Source: Auanema rhodensis (Eukaryota > Animalia > Nematoda). Taken from it: 64,000 nt of DNA. Made by a program: the position numbers and the translations under genes. The stretch spans positions 13,082,001 through 13,146,000 of the forward strand of contig OZ059895.1 of NCBI GenBank assembly GCA_964057225.1. The letters run 5' to 3'. This document shows positions 11,894 through 26,876 of this stretch, in pieces. Under the pieces are notes generated by a model. That model did not search any database and was not told the origin of the DNA. It saw only the letters and a program-made list of their open reading frames with translations. Each line of letters starts with the position of its first letter. Position 1 is the first letter of the stretch.

Positions 11894-12302
11894 GAAAATA
11901 CCGGATATTCAATGATTTACATAATTATCCTCGTTATTGTTTTTTTTCCAATTTCATGTTAGTTATGTAATTTTCTACGTTACATCTAAATCCCTCGATG
12001 ATATCAAATCTTATGAGATCCAAATACAATAAATTAAAAAGGTTTCACAGTTGTATAGTGTTTAAACAATGTTTGTTTCAATAGGAAATAGATAGAAACA
12101 GTAAAGTTAAGATGAAGGTTCATAAACTACTGGTTTATAACTGTAATATAGAAATAAGATTGAAGATATCTTGATGCCTTGGGTTGAGCTATCTAAGTAA
12201 AACTGCTGGAAAATTAAAAACATTTGTTACGGAAGAGATAAAATTGAAAATCAGCTGCATTGCGTACTTTCAACGTGGTATGATCGTTAAAAAAATTTGA
12301 AA

Positions 12303-12421
12303 AGCTTACGGCACCCGGGATTCCCAAGCCGTCTCCGATCCAAGTACTAACCGGGCCCAACGTTGCTTGACTTGCCAGATCGGACGGAATGGCGTACTTT
12401 CAACGTGGTATGGTCGTAAGC
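12303..12421 (-). rRNA. 5S rRNA type A (C34T)
   Basis: Full copy with one private substitution. Confidence 0.92.
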
Positions 12422-12830
12422 GAAAATACCTGATATTCAATGATTTACATACTTATCCTCGTTATTGTTTTTTTTCCAATTTCATGTTAGTTATGTAATT
12501 TTCTACGTTACATCTAAATCCCTCGATGATATCAAATCTTATGAGATCCAAATACAATAAATTAAAAAGGTTTCACAGTTGTATAGTGTTTAAACAATGT
12601 TTGTTTCAATAGGAAATAGATAGAAACAGTAAAGTTAAGATGAAGGTTCATAAACTACTGGTTTATAACTGTAATATAGAAATAAGATTGAAGATATTTT
12701 GATGCCTTGGGTTGAGCTATCTAAGTAAAACTGCTGGAAAATTAAAAACATTTGTTACGGAAGAGATAAAATTGAAAATCAGCTGCATTGCGTACTTTCA
12801 ACGTGGTATGATCGTTAAAAAAATTTGAAA

Positions 12831-12949
12831 AGCTTACGGCACCCGGAATTCCCAAGCCGTCTCCGATCCAAGTACTAACCGGGCCCAACGTTGCTTGACT
12901 TGCCAGATCGGACGGGATGGCGTACTTTCAACGTGGTATGGTCGTAAGC
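12831..12949 (-). rRNA. 5S rRNA type A (C103T)
   Basis: Full copy with one private substitution. Confidence 0.92.
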
Positions 12950-13357
12950 GAAAATACCTGATATTCAATGATTTACATACTTATCCTCGTTATTGTTTTT
13001 TTCCAATTTCATGTTAGTTATGTAATTTTCTACGTTACATCTAAATTCCTCGATGATATCAAATCTTATGAGATCCAAATACAATAAATTAAAAAGGTTT
13101 CACAGTTGTATAGTGTTTAAACAATGTTTGTTTCAATAGGAAATAGATAGAAACAGTAAAGTTAAGATGAAGGTTCATAAACTACTGGTTTATCACTGTA
13201 ATATAGAAATAAGATTGAAGATATTTTGATGCCTTGGGTTGAGCTATCTAAGTAAAACTGCTGGAAAATTAAAAACATTTGTTACGGAAGAGATAAAATT
13301 GAAAATCAGCTGCATTGCGTACTTTCAACGTGGTATGATCGTTAAAAAAATTTGAAA

Positions 13358-13476
13358 AGCTTACGGCACCCGGGATTCCCAAGCCGTCTCCGATCCAAGT
13401 ACTAACCGGGCCCAACGTTGCTTGACTTGCCAGATCGGACGGGATGGCGTACTTTCAACGTGGTATGGTCGTAAGC
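13358..13476 (-). rRNA. 5S rRNA type A
   Basis: Full copy. Confidence 0.95.
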
Positions 13477-14285
13477 GAAAATGCCTGATATTCAATGATT
13501 TACATACTTATCCTCGTTATTGTTTTTTTTTCAATTTCATGTTAGTTATGTAATTTTCTACGTTACATCTAAATCCCTCGATGATATCAAATCTTATGAG
13601 ATCCAAATACAATAAATTAAAAAAGGTTTCACAGTTGTATAGTGTTTAAACAATGTTTGTTTCAATAGGAAATATATAGAAACAGTAAAGTTAAGATGAA
13701 GGTTCATAAACTACTGGTTTATAACTGTAATATAGAAATAAGATTGAAGATATTTTGATGCCTTGGGTTGAGCTATCTAAGTAAAACTGCTGGAAAATTA
13801 AAAACATTTGTTACGGAAGAGATAAAATTGAAAATCAGCTGCATGGCGTACTTTCAACGTGGTATGGTCGTAAGCGAAAAAATCTGATATTCAATGATTT
13901 ACATACTTATCCTCGTTATTGTTTTTTTTCCAATTTCATGTTAGTTATGTAATTTTCTACGTTACATCTAAATTCCTCGATGATATCAAATCTTATGAGC
14001 TCCAAATACAATAAATTAAAAAAGGTTTCACAGTTGTATAGTGTTAAAACAATGTTTGTTTCAATAGGAAATAGATAGAAACAGTAAAGTTAAGATGAAG
14101 GTTCATAAACTACTGGTTTATAACTGTAATATAGAAATAAGATTGAAGATATTTTGATGCCTTGGGTTGAGCTATCTGAGTAAAACTGCTGGAAAATTAA
14201 AAACATTTGTTACTGAAGAGATAAAATTGAAAATCAGCTGCATTGCGTACTTTCAACGTGGTATGATCGTTAAAAAAATTTGAAA

Positions 14286-14404
14286 AGCTTACGGCACCCG
14301 GGTTTCCCAAGCCGTCTCCGATCCAAGTACTAACCGGGCCCAACGTTGCTTGACTTGCCAGATCGGACGGGATGGCGTACTTTCAACGTGGTATGGTCGT
14401 AAGC
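14286..14404 (-). rRNA. 5S rRNA type B
   Basis: Full copy, T102A. Confidence 0.95.
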
Positions 14405-14813
14405 GAAAATACCTGATATTCAATGATTTACATACTTATCCTCGTTATTGTTTTTTTTCCAATTTCATGTTAGTTATGTAATTTTCTACGTTACATCTAA
14501 ATCCCTCGATGATATCAAATCTTATGAGATCCAAATACAATAAATTAAAAAGGTTTCACAGTTGTATAGTGTTTAAACAATGTTTGTTTCAATAGGAAAT
14601 AGATAGAAACAGTAAAGTTAAGATGAAGGTTCATAAACTACTGGTTTATAACTGTAATATAGAAATAAGATTGAAGATATTTTGATGCCTTGGGTTGAGC
14701 TATCTAAGTAAAACTGCTGGAAAATTAAAAACATTTGTTACGGAAGAGATAAAATTGAAAATCAGCTGCATTGCGTACTTTCAACGTGGTATGATCGTTA
14801 AAAAAATTTGAAA

Positions 14814-14932
14814 AGCTTACGGCACCCGGGATTCCCAAGCCGTCTCCGATCCAAGTACTAACCGGGCCCAACGTTGCTTGACTTGCCAGATCGGACGGGA
14901 TGGCGTACTTTCAACGTGGTATGGTCGTAAGC
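14814..14932 (-). rRNA. 5S rRNA type A
   Basis: Full copy. Confidence 0.95.
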
Positions 14933-16140
14933 GAAAATACCTGATATTCAATGATTTACATACTTATCCTCGTTATTGTTTTTTTTTCAATTTCATGTTA
15001 GTTATGTAATTTTCTACGTTACATCTAAATCCCTCGATGATATCAAATCTTATGAGATCCAAATACAATAAATTAAAAAAGGTTTCACAGTTGTATAGTG
15101 TTTAAACAATGTTTGTTTCAATAGGAAATATATAGAAACAGTAAAGTTAAGATGAAGGTTCATAAACTACTGGTTTATAACTGTAATATAGAAATAAGAT
15201 TGAAGATATTTTGATGCCTTGGGTTGAGCTATCTAAGTAAAACTGCTGGAATATTAAAAACATTTGTTACGGAAGAGATAAAATTGAAAATCAGCTGCAT
15301 GGCGTACTTTCAACGTGGTATGGTCGTAAGCGAAAAAATCTGATATTCAATGATTTACATACTTATCCTCGTTATTGTTTTTTTTCCAATTTCATGTTAG
15401 TTATGTAATTTTCTACGTTACATCTAAATTCCTCGATGATATCAAATCTTATGAGCTCCAAATACAATAAATTAAAAAAGGTTTCACAGTTGTATAGTGT
15501 TAAAACAATGTTTGTTTCAATAGGAAATAGATAGAAACAGTAAAGTTAAGATGAAGGTTCATAAACTACTGGTTTATAACTGTAATATAGAAATAAGATT
15601 GAAGATATTTTGATGCCTTGGGTTGAGCTATCTAAGTAAAACTGCTGGAAAATTAAAAACATTTGTTACTGAAGAGATAAAATTGAAAATCAGCTGCATG
15701 GCGTACTTTCAACGTGGTATGGTCGTAAGCGAAAATACCTGATATTCAATGATTTACATACTTATCCTCGTTATTGTTTTTTTTCCAATTTCATGTTAGT
15801 TATGTAATTTTCTACGTTACATCTAAATTCCTCGATGATATCAAATCTTATGAGCTCCAAATACAATAAATTAAAAAAGGTTTCACAGTTGTATAGTGTT
15901 AAAACAATGTTTGTTTCAATAGGAAATAGATAGAAACAGTAAAGTTAAGATGAAGGTTCATAAACTACTGGTTTATAACTGTAATATAGAAATAAGATTG
16001 AAGATATTTTGATGCCTTGGGTTGAGCTATCTAAGTAAAACTGCTGGAAAATTAAAAACATTTGTTACTGAAGAGATAAAATTGAAAATCAGCTGCATTG
16101 CGTACTTTCAACGTGGTATGATCGTTAAAAAAATTTGAAA

Positions 16141-16259
16141 AGCTTACGGCACCCGGGTTTCCCAAGCCGTCTCCGATCCAAGTACTAACCGGGCCCAACG
16201 TTGCTTGACTTGCCAGATCGGACGGGATGGCGTACTTTCAACGTGGTATGGTCGTAAGC
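16141..16259 (-). rRNA. 5S rRNA type B
   Basis: Full copy, T102A. Confidence 0.95.
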
Positions 16260-16669
16260 GAAAATACCTGATATTCAATGATTTACATACTTATCCTCGT
16301 TATTGTTTTTTTTTCAATTTCATGTTAGTTATGTAATTTTCTACGTTACATCTAAATCCCTCGATGATATCAAATCTTATGAGATCCAAATACAATAAAT
16401 TAAAAAAGGTTTCACAGTTGTATAGTGTTTAAACAATGTTTGTTTCAATAGGAAATAGATAGAAACAGTAAAGTTAAGATGAAGGTTCATAAACTACTGG
16501 TTTATAACTGTAATATAGAAATAAGATTGAAGATATTTTGATGCCTTGGGTTGAGCTATCTAAGTAAAACTGCTGGAAAATTAAAAACATTTGTTACGGA
16601 AGAGATAAAATTGAAAATCAGCTGCATTGCGTACTTTCAACGTGGTATGATCGTTAAAAAAATTTGAAA

Positions 16670-16788
16670 AGCTTACGGCACCCGGGATTCCCAAGCCGTC
16701 TCCGATCCAAGTACTAACCGGGCCCAACGTTGCTTGACTTGCCAGATCGGACGGGATGGCGTACTTTCAACGTGGTATGGTCGTAAGC
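16670..16788 (-). rRNA. 5S rRNA type A
   Basis: Full copy. Confidence 0.95.
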
Positions 16789-17996
16789 GAAAATACCTGA
16801 TATTCAATGATTTACATACTTATCCTCGTTATTGTTTTTTTTTCAATTTCATGTTAGTTATGTAATTTTCTACGTTACATCTAAATCCCTCGATGATATC
16901 AAATCTTATGAGATCCAAATACAATAAATTAAAAAAGGTTTCACAGTTGTATAGTGTTTAAACAATGTTTGTTTCAATAGGAAATATATAGAAACAGTAA
17001 AGTTAAGATGAAGGTTCATAAACTACTGGTTTATAACTGTAATATAGAAATAAGATTGAAGATATTTTGATGCCTTGGGTTGAGCTATCTAAGTAAAACT
17101 GCTGGAATATTAAAAACATTTGTTACGGAAGAGATAAAATTGAAAATCAGCTGCATGGCGTACTTTCAACGTGGTATGGTCGTAAGCGAAAAAATCTGAT
17201 ATTCAATGATTTACATACTTATCCTCGTTATTGTTTTTTTTCCAATTTCATGTTAGTTATGTAATTTTCTACGTTACATCTAAATTCCTCGATGATATCA
17301 AATCTTATGAGCTCCAAATACAATAAATTAAAAAAGGTTTCACAGTTGTATAGTGTTAAAACAATGTTTGTTTCAATAGGAAATAGATAGAAACAGTAAA
17401 GTTAAGATGAAGGTTCATAAACTACTGGTTTATAACTGTAATATAGAAATAAGATTGAAGATATTTTGATGCCTTGGGTTGAGCTATCTAAGTAAAACTG
17501 CTGGAAAATTAAAAACATTTGTTACTGAAGAGATAAAATTGAAAATCAGCTGCATGGCGTACTTTCAACGTGGTATGGTCGTAAGCGAAAATACCTGATA
17601 TTCAATGATTTACATACTTATCCTCGTTATTGTTTTTTTTCCAATTTCATGTTAGTTATGTAATTTTCTACGTTACATCTAAATTCCTCGATGATATCAA
17701 ATCTTATGAGCTCCAAATACAATAAATTAAAAAAGGTTTCACAGTTGTATAGTGTTAAAACAATGTTTGTTTCAATAGGAAATAGATAGAAACAGTAAAG
17801 TTAAGATGAAGGTTCATAAACTACTGGTTTATAACTGTAATATAGAAATAAGATTGAAGATATTTTGATGCCTTGGGTTGAGCTATCTAAGTAAAACTGC
17901 TGGAAAATTAAAAACATTTGTTACTGAAGAGATAAAATTGAAAATCAGCTGCATTGCGTACTTTCAACGTGGTATGATCGTTAAAAAAATTTGAAA

Positions 17997-18115
17997 AGCT
18001 TACGGCACCCGGGTTTCCCAAGCCGTCTCCGATCCAAGTACTAACCGGGCCCAACGTTGCTTGACTTGCCAGATCGGACGGGATGGCGTACTTTCAACGT
18101 GGTATGGTCGTAAGC
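17997..18115 (-). rRNA. 5S rRNA type B
   Basis: Full copy, T102A. Confidence 0.95.
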
Positions 18116-18525
18116 GAAAATACCTGATATTCAATGATTTACATACTTATCCTCGTTATTGTTTTTTTTTCAATTTCATGTTAGTTATGTAATTTTCTAC
18201 GTTACATCTAAATCCCTCGATGATATCAAATCTTATGAGATCCAAATACAATAAATTAAAAAAGGTTTCACAGTTGTATAGTGTTTAAACAATGTTTGTT
18301 TCAATAGGAAATAGATAGAAACAGTAAAGTTAAGATGAAGGTTCATAAACTACTGGTTTATAACTGTAATATAGAAATAAGATTGAAGATATTTTGATGC
18401 CTTGGGTTGAGCTATCTAAGTAAAACTGCTGGAAAATTAAAAACATTTGTTACGGAAGAGATAAAATTGAAAATCAGCTGCATTGCGTACTTTCAACGTG
18501 GTATGATCGTTAAAAAAATTTGAAA

Positions 18526-18644
18526 AGCTTACGGCACCCGGGATTCCCAAGCCGTCTCCGATCCAAGTACTAACCGGGCCCAACGTTGCTTGACTTGCCA
18601 GATCGGACGGGATGGCGTACTTTCAACGTGGTATGGTCGTAAGC
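18526..18644 (-). rRNA. 5S rRNA type A
   Basis: Full copy. Confidence 0.95.
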
Positions 18645-19852
18645 GAAAATACCTGATATTCAATGATTTACATACTTATCCTCGTTATTGTTTTTTTTTC
18701 AATTTCATGTTAGTTATGTAATTTTCTACGTTACATCTAAATCCCTCGATGATATCAAATCTTATGAGATCCAAATACAATAAATTAAAAAAGGTTTCAC
18801 AGTTGTATAGTGTTTAAACAATGTTTGTTTCAATAGGAAATATATAGAAACAGTAAAGTTAAGATGAAGGTTCATAAACTACTGGTTTATAACTGTAATA
18901 TAGAAATAAGATTGAAGATATTTTGATGCCTTGGGTTGAGCTATCTAAGTAAAACTGCTGGAATATTAAAAACATTTGTTACGGAAGAGATAAAATTGAA
19001 AATCAGCTGCATGGCGTACTTTCAACGTGGTATGGTCGTAAGCGAAAAAATCTGATATTCAATGATTTACATACTTATCCTCGTTATTGTTTTTTTTCCA
19101 ATTTCATGTTAGTTATGTAATTTTCTACGTTACATCTAAATTCCTCGATGATATCAAATCTTATGAGCTCCAAATACAATAAATTAAAAAAGGTTTCACA
19201 GTTGTATAGTGTTAAAACAATGTTTGTTTCAATAGGAAATAGATAGAAACAGTAAAGTTAAGATGAAGGTTCATAAACTACTGGTTTATAACTGTAATAT
19301 AGAAATAAGATTGAAGATATTTTGATGCCTTGGGTTGAGCTATCTAAGTAAAACTGCTGGAAAATTAAAAACATTTGTTACTGAAGAGATAAAATTGAAA
19401 ATCAGCTGCATGGCGTACTTTCAACGTGGTATGGTCGTAAGCGAAAATACCTGATATTCAATGATTTACATACTTATCCTCGTTATTGTTTTTTTTCCAA
19501 TTTCATGTTAGTTATGTAATTTTCTACGTTACATCTAAATTCCTCGATGATATCAAATCTTATGAGCTCCAAATACAATAAATTAAAAAAGGTTTCACAG
19601 TTGTATAGTGTTAAAACAATGTTTGTTTCAATAGGAAATAGATAGAAACAGTAAAGTTAAGATGAAGGTTCATAAACTACTGGTTTATAACTGTAATATA
19701 GAAATAAGATTGAAGATATTTTGATGCCTTGGGTTGAGCTATCTAAGTAAAACTGCTGGAAAATTAAAAACATTTGTTACTGAAGAGATAAAATTGAAAA
19801 TCAGCTGCATTGCGTACTTTCAACGTGGTATGATCGTTAAAAAAATTTGAAA

Positions 19853-19971
19853 AGCTTACGGCACCCGGGTTTCCCAAGCCGTCTCCGATCCAAGTACTAA
19901 CCGGGCCCAACGTTGCTTGACTTGCCAGATCGGACGGGATGGCGTACTTTCAACGTGGTATGGTCGTAAGC
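19853..19971 (-). rRNA. 5S rRNA type B
   Basis: Full copy, T102A. Confidence 0.95.
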
Positions 19972-20381
19972 GAAAATACCTGATATTCAATGATTTACAT
20001 ACTTATCCTCGTTATTGTTTTTTTTTCAATTTCATGTTAGTTATGTAATTTTCTACGTTACATCTAAATCCCTCGATGATATCAAATCTTATGAGATCCA
20101 AATACAATAAATTAAAAAAGGTTTCACAGTTGTATAGTGTTTAAACAATGTTTGTTTCAATAGGAAATAGATAGAAACAGTAAAGTTAAGATGAAGGTTC
20201 ATAAACTACTGGTTTATAACTGTAATATAGAAATAAGATTGAAGATATTTTGATGCCTTGGGTTGAGCTATCTAAGTAAAACTGCTGGAAAATTAAAAAC
20301 ATTTGTTACGGAAGAGATAAAATTGAAAATCAGCTGCATTGCGTACTTTCAACGTGGTATGATCGTTAAAAAAATTTGAAA

Positions 20382-20500
20382 AGCTTACGGCACCCGGGAT
20401 TCCCAAGCCGTCTCCGATCCAAGTACTAACCGGGCCCAACGTTGCTTGACTTGCCAGATCGGACGGGATGGCGTACTTTCAACGTGGTATGGTCGTAAGC
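20382..20500 (-). rRNA. 5S rRNA type A
   Basis: Full copy. Confidence 0.95.
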
Positions 20501-21309
20501 GAAAATACCTGATATTCAATGATTTACATACTTATCCTCGTTATTGTTTTTTTTTCAATTTCATGTTAGTTATGTAATTTTCTACGTTACATCTAAATCC
20601 CTCGATGATATCAAATCTTATGAGATCCAAATACAATAAATTAAAAAAGGTTTCACAGTTGTATAGTGTTTAAACAATGTTTGTTTCAATAGGAAATATA
20701 TAGAAACAGTAAAGTTAAGATGAAGGTTCATAAACTACTGGTTTATAACTGTAATATAGAAATAAGATTGAAGATATTTTGATGCCTTGGGTTGAGCTAT
20801 CTAAGTAAAACTGCTGGAAAATTAAAAACATTTGTTACGGAAGAGATAAAATTGAAAATCAGCTGCATGGCGTACTTTCAACGTGGTATGGTCGTAAGCG
20901 AAAAAAACTGATATTCAATGATTTACATACTTATCCTCGTTATTGTTTTTTTTCCAATTTCATGTTAGTTATGTAATTTTCTACGTTACATCTAAATTCC
21001 TCGATGATATCAAATCTTATGAGCTCCAAATACAATAAATTAAAAAAGGTTTCACAGTTGTATAGTGTTAAAACAATGTTTGTTTCAATAGGAAATAGAT
21101 AGAAACAGTAAAGTTAAGATGAAGGTTCATAAACTACTGGTTTATAACTGTAATATAGAAATAAGATTGAAGATATTTTGATGCCTTGGGTTGAGCTATC
21201 TAAGTAAAACTGCTGGAAAATTAAAAACATTTGTTACTGAAGAGATAAAATTGAAAATCAGCTGCATTGCGTACTTTCAATGTGGTATGATCGTTAAAAA
21301 AATTTGAAA

Positions 21310-21428
21310 AGCTTACGGCAGGCGGGATTCCCAAGCCGTCTCCGATCCAAGTACTAACCGGGCCCAACGTTGCTTGACTTGCCAGATCGGACGGGATGGC
21401 GTACTTTCAACGTGGTATGGTCGTAAGC
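21310..21428 (-). rRNA. 5S rRNA type C
   Basis: Full-length, GG107-108CC. Confidence 0.9.
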
Positions 21429-21838
21429 GAAAATACCTGATATTCAATGATTTACATACTTATCCTCGTTATTGTTTTTTTTCCAATTTCATGTTAGTTA
21501 TGTAATTTTCTACGTTACATCTAAATTCCTCGATGATATCAAATCTTATGAGCTCCAAATACAATAAATTAAAAAAGGTTTCACAGTTGTATAGTGTTAA
21601 AACAATGTTTGTTTCAATAGGAAATAGATAGAAACAGTAAAGTTAAGATGAAGGTTCATAAACTACTGGTTTATAACTGTAATATAGAAATAAGATTGAA
21701 GATATTTTGATGCCTTGGGTCGAGCTATCTAAGTAAAACTGCTGGAAAATTAAAAACATTTGTTACGGAAGAGATAAAATTGAAAATCAGCTGCATTGAG
21801 TACTTTCAATGTGGTATGATCGTTAAAAAAATTTGAAA

Positions 21839-21957
21839 AGCTTACGGCAGGCGGGATTCCCAAGCCGTCTCCGATCCAAGTACTAACCGGGCCCAACGTT
21901 GCTTGACTTGCCAGATCGGACGGGATGGCGTACTTTCAACGTGGTATGGTCGTAAGC
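21839..21957 (-). rRNA. 5S rRNA type C
   Basis: Full-length, GG107-108CC. Confidence 0.9.
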
Positions 21958-23164
21958 GAAAATACCTGATATTCAATGATTTACATACTTATCCTCGTTA
22001 TTGTTTTTTTTCCAATTTCATGTTAGTTATGTAATTTTCTACGTTACATCTAAATCCCTCGATGATATCAAATCTTATGAGATCCAAATACAATAAATTA
22101 AAAAGGTTTCACAGTTGTATAGTGTTTAAACAATGTTTGTTTCAATAGGAAATAGATAGAAACAGTAAAGTTAAGATGAAGGTTCATAAACTACTGGTTT
22201 ATAACTGTAATATAGAAATAAGATTGAAGATATTTTGATGCCTTGGGTTGAGCTATCTAAGTAAAACTGCTGGAAAATTAAAAACATTTGTTACGGAAGA
22301 GATAAAATTGAAAATCAGCTGCATGGCGTACTTTCAACGTGGTATGGTCGTAAGCGAAAAAATCTGATATTCAATGATTTACATACTTATCCTCGTTATT
22401 GTTTTTTTTCCAATTTCATGTTAGTTATGTAATTTTCTACGTTACATCTAAATTCCTCGATGATATCAAATCTTATGAGCTCCAAATACAATAAATTAAA
22501 AAAGGTTTCACAGTTGTATAGTGTTAAAACAATGTTTGTTTCAATAGGAAATAGATAGAAACAGTAAAGTTAAGATGAAGGTTCATAAACTACTGGTTTA
22601 TAACTGTAATATAGAAATAAGATTGAAGATATTTTGATGCCTTGGGTTGAGCTATCTAAGTAAAACTGCTGGAAAATTAAAAACATTTGTTACTGAAGAG
22701 ATAAAATTGAAAATCAGCTGCATGGCGTACTTTCAACGTGGTATGGTCGTAAGCGAAAATACCTGATATTCAATGATTTACATACTTATCCTCGTTATTG
22801 TTTTTTTTCCAATTTCATGTTAGTTATGTAATTTTCTACGTTACATCTAAATTCCTCGATGATATCAAATCTTATGAGCTCCAAATACAATAAATTAAAA
22901 AAGGTTTCACAGTTGTATAGTGTTAAAACAATGTTTGTTTCAATAGGAAATAGATAGAAACAGTAAAGTTAAGATGAAGGTTCATAAACTACTGGTTTAT
23001 AACTGTAATATAGAAATAAGATTGAAGATATTTTGATGCCTTGGGTTGAGCTATCTAAGTAAAACTGCTGGAAAATTAAAAACATTTGTTACGGAAGAGA
23101 TAAAATTGAAAATCAGCTGCATTGCGTACTTTCAACGTGGTATGATCGTTAAAAAAATTTGAAA

Positions 23165-23283
23165 AGCTTACGGCACCCGGGATTCCCAAGCCGTCTCCGA
23201 TCCAAGTACTAACCGGGCCCAACGTTGCTTGACTTGCCAGATCGGACGGGATGGCGTACTTTCAACGTGGTATGGTCGTAAGC
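23165..23283 (-). rRNA. 5S rRNA type A
   Basis: Full copy. Confidence 0.95.
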
Positions 23284-24092
23284 GAAAATACCTGATATTC
23301 AATGATTTAAATACTTATCCTCGTTATTGTTTTTTTTCCAATTTCATGTTAGTTATGTAATTTTCTACGTTACATCTAAATCCCTCGATGATATCAAATC
23401 TTATGAGATCCAAATACAATAAATTAAAAAAGGTTTCACAGTTGTATAGTGTTTAAACAATGTTTGTTTCAATAGGAAATAGATAGAAACAGTAAAGTTA
23501 AGATGAAGGTTCATAAACTACTGGTTTATAACTGTAATATAGAAATAAGATTGAAGATATTTTGATGCCTTGGGTTGAGCTATCTAAGTAAAACTGCTGG
23601 AAAATTAAAAACATTTGTTACTGAAGAGATAAAATTGAAAATCAGCTGCATGGCGTACTTTCAACGTGGTATGGTCGTAAGCGAAAATACCTGATATTCA
23701 ATGATTTACATACTTATCCTCGTTATTGTTTTTTTTCCAATTTCATGTTAGTTATGTAATTTTCTACGTTACATCTAAATTCCTCGATGATATCAAATCT
23801 TATGAGCTCCAAATACAATAAATTAAAAAAGGTTTCACAGTTGTATAGTGTTAAAACAATGTTTGTTTCAATAGGAAATAGATAGAAACAGTAAAGTTAA
23901 GATGAAGGTTCTTAAACTACTGGTTTATAACTGTAATATAGAAATAAGATTGAAGATATTTTGATGCCTTGGGTTGAGCTATCTAAGTAAAACTGCTGGA
24001 AAATTAAAAACATTTGTTACGGAAGAGATAAAATTGAAAATCAGCTGCATTGCGTACTTTCAACGTGGTATGATCGTTAAAAAAATTTGAAA

Positions 24093-24211
24093 AGCTTACG
24101 GCACCCGGGATTCCCAAGCCGTCTCCGATCCAAGTACTAACCGGGCCCAACGTTGCTTGACTTGCCAGATCGGACGGGATGGCGTACTTTCAACGTGGTA
24201 TGGTCGTAAGC
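24093..24211 (-). rRNA. 5S rRNA type A
   Basis: Full copy. Confidence 0.95.
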
Positions 24212-25020
24212 GAAAATACCTGATATTCAATGATTTAAATACTTATCCTCGTTATTGTTTTTTTTCCAATTTCATGTTAGTTATGTAATTTTCTACGTTA
24301 CATCTAAATCCCTCGATGATATCAAATCTTATGAGATCCAAATACAATAAATTAAAAAAGGTTTCACAGTTGTATAGTGTTTAAACAATGTTTGTTTCAA
24401 TAGGAAATAGATAGAAACAGTAAAGTTAAGATGAAGGTTCATAAACTACTGGTTTATAACTGTAATATAGAAATAAGATTGAAGATATTTTGATGCCTTG
24501 GGTTGAGCTATCTAAGTAAAACTGCTGGAAAATTAAAAACATTTGTTACTGAAGAGATAAAATTGAAAATCAGCTGCATGGCGTACTTTCAACGTGGTAT
24601 GGTCGTAAGCGAAAATACCTCATATTCAATGATTTACATACTTATCCTCGTTATTGTTTTTTTTCCAATTTCATGTTAGTTATGTAATTTTCTACGTTAC
24701 ATCTAAATTCCTCGATGATATCAAATCTTATGAGCTCCAAATACAATAAATTAAGAAAGGTTTCACAGTTGTATAGTGTTAAAACAATGTTTGTTTCAAT
24801 AGGAAATAGATAGAAACAGTAAAGTTAAGATGAAGGTTCATAAACTACTGGTTTATAACTGTAATATAGAAATAAGATTGAAGATATTTTGATGCCTTGG
24901 GTTGAGCTATCTAAGTAAAACTGCTGGAAAATTAAAAACATTTGTTACGGAAGAGATAAAATTGAAAATCAGCTGCATTGCGTACTTTCAACGTGGTATG
25001 ATCGTTAAAAAAATTTGAAA

Positions 25021-25139
25021 AGCTTAGGGCACCCGGGATTCCCAAGCCGTCTCCGATCCAAGTACTAACCGGGCCCAACGTTGCTTGACTTGCCAGATCG
25101 GACGGGATGGCGTACTTTCAACGTGGTATGGTCGTAAGC
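25021..25139 (-). rRNA. 5S rRNA type A (G113C)
   Basis: Full copy with a helix I mismatch. Confidence 0.9.
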
Positions 25140-25948
25140 GAAAATACCTGATATTCAATGATTTACATACTTATCCTCGTTATTGTTTTTTTTCCAATTT
25201 CATGTTAGTTATGTAATTTTCTACGTTACATCTAAATCCCTCGATGATATCAAATCTTATGAGATCCAAATACAATAAATTAAAAAAGGTTTCACAGTTG
25301 TATAGTGTTTAAACAATGTTTGTTTCAATAGGAAATAGATAGAAACAGTAAAGTTAAGATGAAGGTTCATAAACTACTGGTTTATAACTGTAATATAGAA
25401 ATAAGATTGAAGATATTTTGATGCCTTGGGTTGAGCTATCTAAGTAAAACTGCTGGAAAATTAAAAACATTTGTTACGGAAGAGATAAAATTGAAAATCA
25501 GCTGCATGGCGTACTTTCAACGTGGTATGGTCGTAAGCGAAAAAATCTGATATTCAATGATTTACATACTTATCCTCGTTATTGTTTTTTTTCCAATTTC
25601 ATGTTAGTTATGTAATTTTCTACGTTACATCTAAATTCCTCGATGATATCAAATCTTATGAGCTCCAAATACAATAAATTAAAAAAGGTTTCACAGTTGT
25701 ATAGTGTTAAAACAATGTTTGTTTCAATAGGAAATAGATAGAAACAGTAAAGTTAAGATGAAGGTTCATAAACTACTGGTTTATAACTGTAATATAGAAA
25801 TAAGATTGAAGATATTTTGATGCCTTGGGTTGAGCTATCTAAGTAAAACTGCTGGAAAATTAAAAACATTTGTTACGGAAGAGATAAAATTGAAAATCAG
25901 CTGCATTGCGTACTTTCAACGTGGTATGATCGTTAAAAAAATTTGAAA

Positions 25949-26067
25949 AGCTTACGGCACCCGGGATTCCCAAGCCGTCTCCGATCCAAGTACTAACCGG
26001 GCCCAACGTTGCTTGACTTGCCAGATCGGACGGGATGGCGTACTTTCAACGTGGTATGGTCGTAAGC
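25949..26067 (-). rRNA. 5S rRNA type A
   Basis: Full copy. Confidence 0.95.
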
Positions 26068-26876
26068 GAAAATACCTGATATTCAATGATTTAAATACTT
26101 ATCCTCGTTATTGTTTTTTTTCCAATTTCATGTTAGTTATGTAATTTTCTACGTTACATCTAAATCCCTCGATGATATCAAATCTTATGAGATCCAAATA
26201 CAATAAATTAAAAAAGGTTTCACAGTTGTATAGTGTTTAAACAATGTTTGTTTCAATAGGAAATAGATAGAAACAGTAAAGTTAAGATGAAGGTTCATAA
26301 ACTACTGGTTTATAACTGTAATATAGAAATAAGATTGAAGATATTTTGATGCCTTGGGTTGAGCTATCTAAGTAAAACTGCTGGAAAATTAAAAACATTT
26401 GTTACTGAAGAGATAAAATTGAAAATCAGCTGCATGGCGTACTTTCAACGTGGTATGGTCGTAAGCGAAAATACCTGATATTCAATGATTTACATACTTA
26501 TCCTCGTTATTGTTTTTTTTCCAATTTCATGTTAGTTATGTAATTTTCTACGTTACATCTAAATTCCTCGATGATATCAAATCTTATGAGCTCCAAATAC
26601 AATAAATTAAAAAAGGTTTCACAGTTGTATAGTGTTAAAACAATGTTTGTTTCAATAGGAAATAGATAGAAACAGTAAAGTTAAGATGAAGGTTCTTAAA
26701 CTACTGGTTTATAACTGTAATATAGAAATAAGATTGAAGATATTTTGATGCCTTGGGTTGAGCTATCTAAGTAAAACTGCTGGAAAATTAAAAACATTTG
26801 TTACGGAAGAGATAAAATTGAAAATCAGCTGCATTGCGTACTTTCAACGTGGTATGATCGTTAAAAAAATTTGAAA

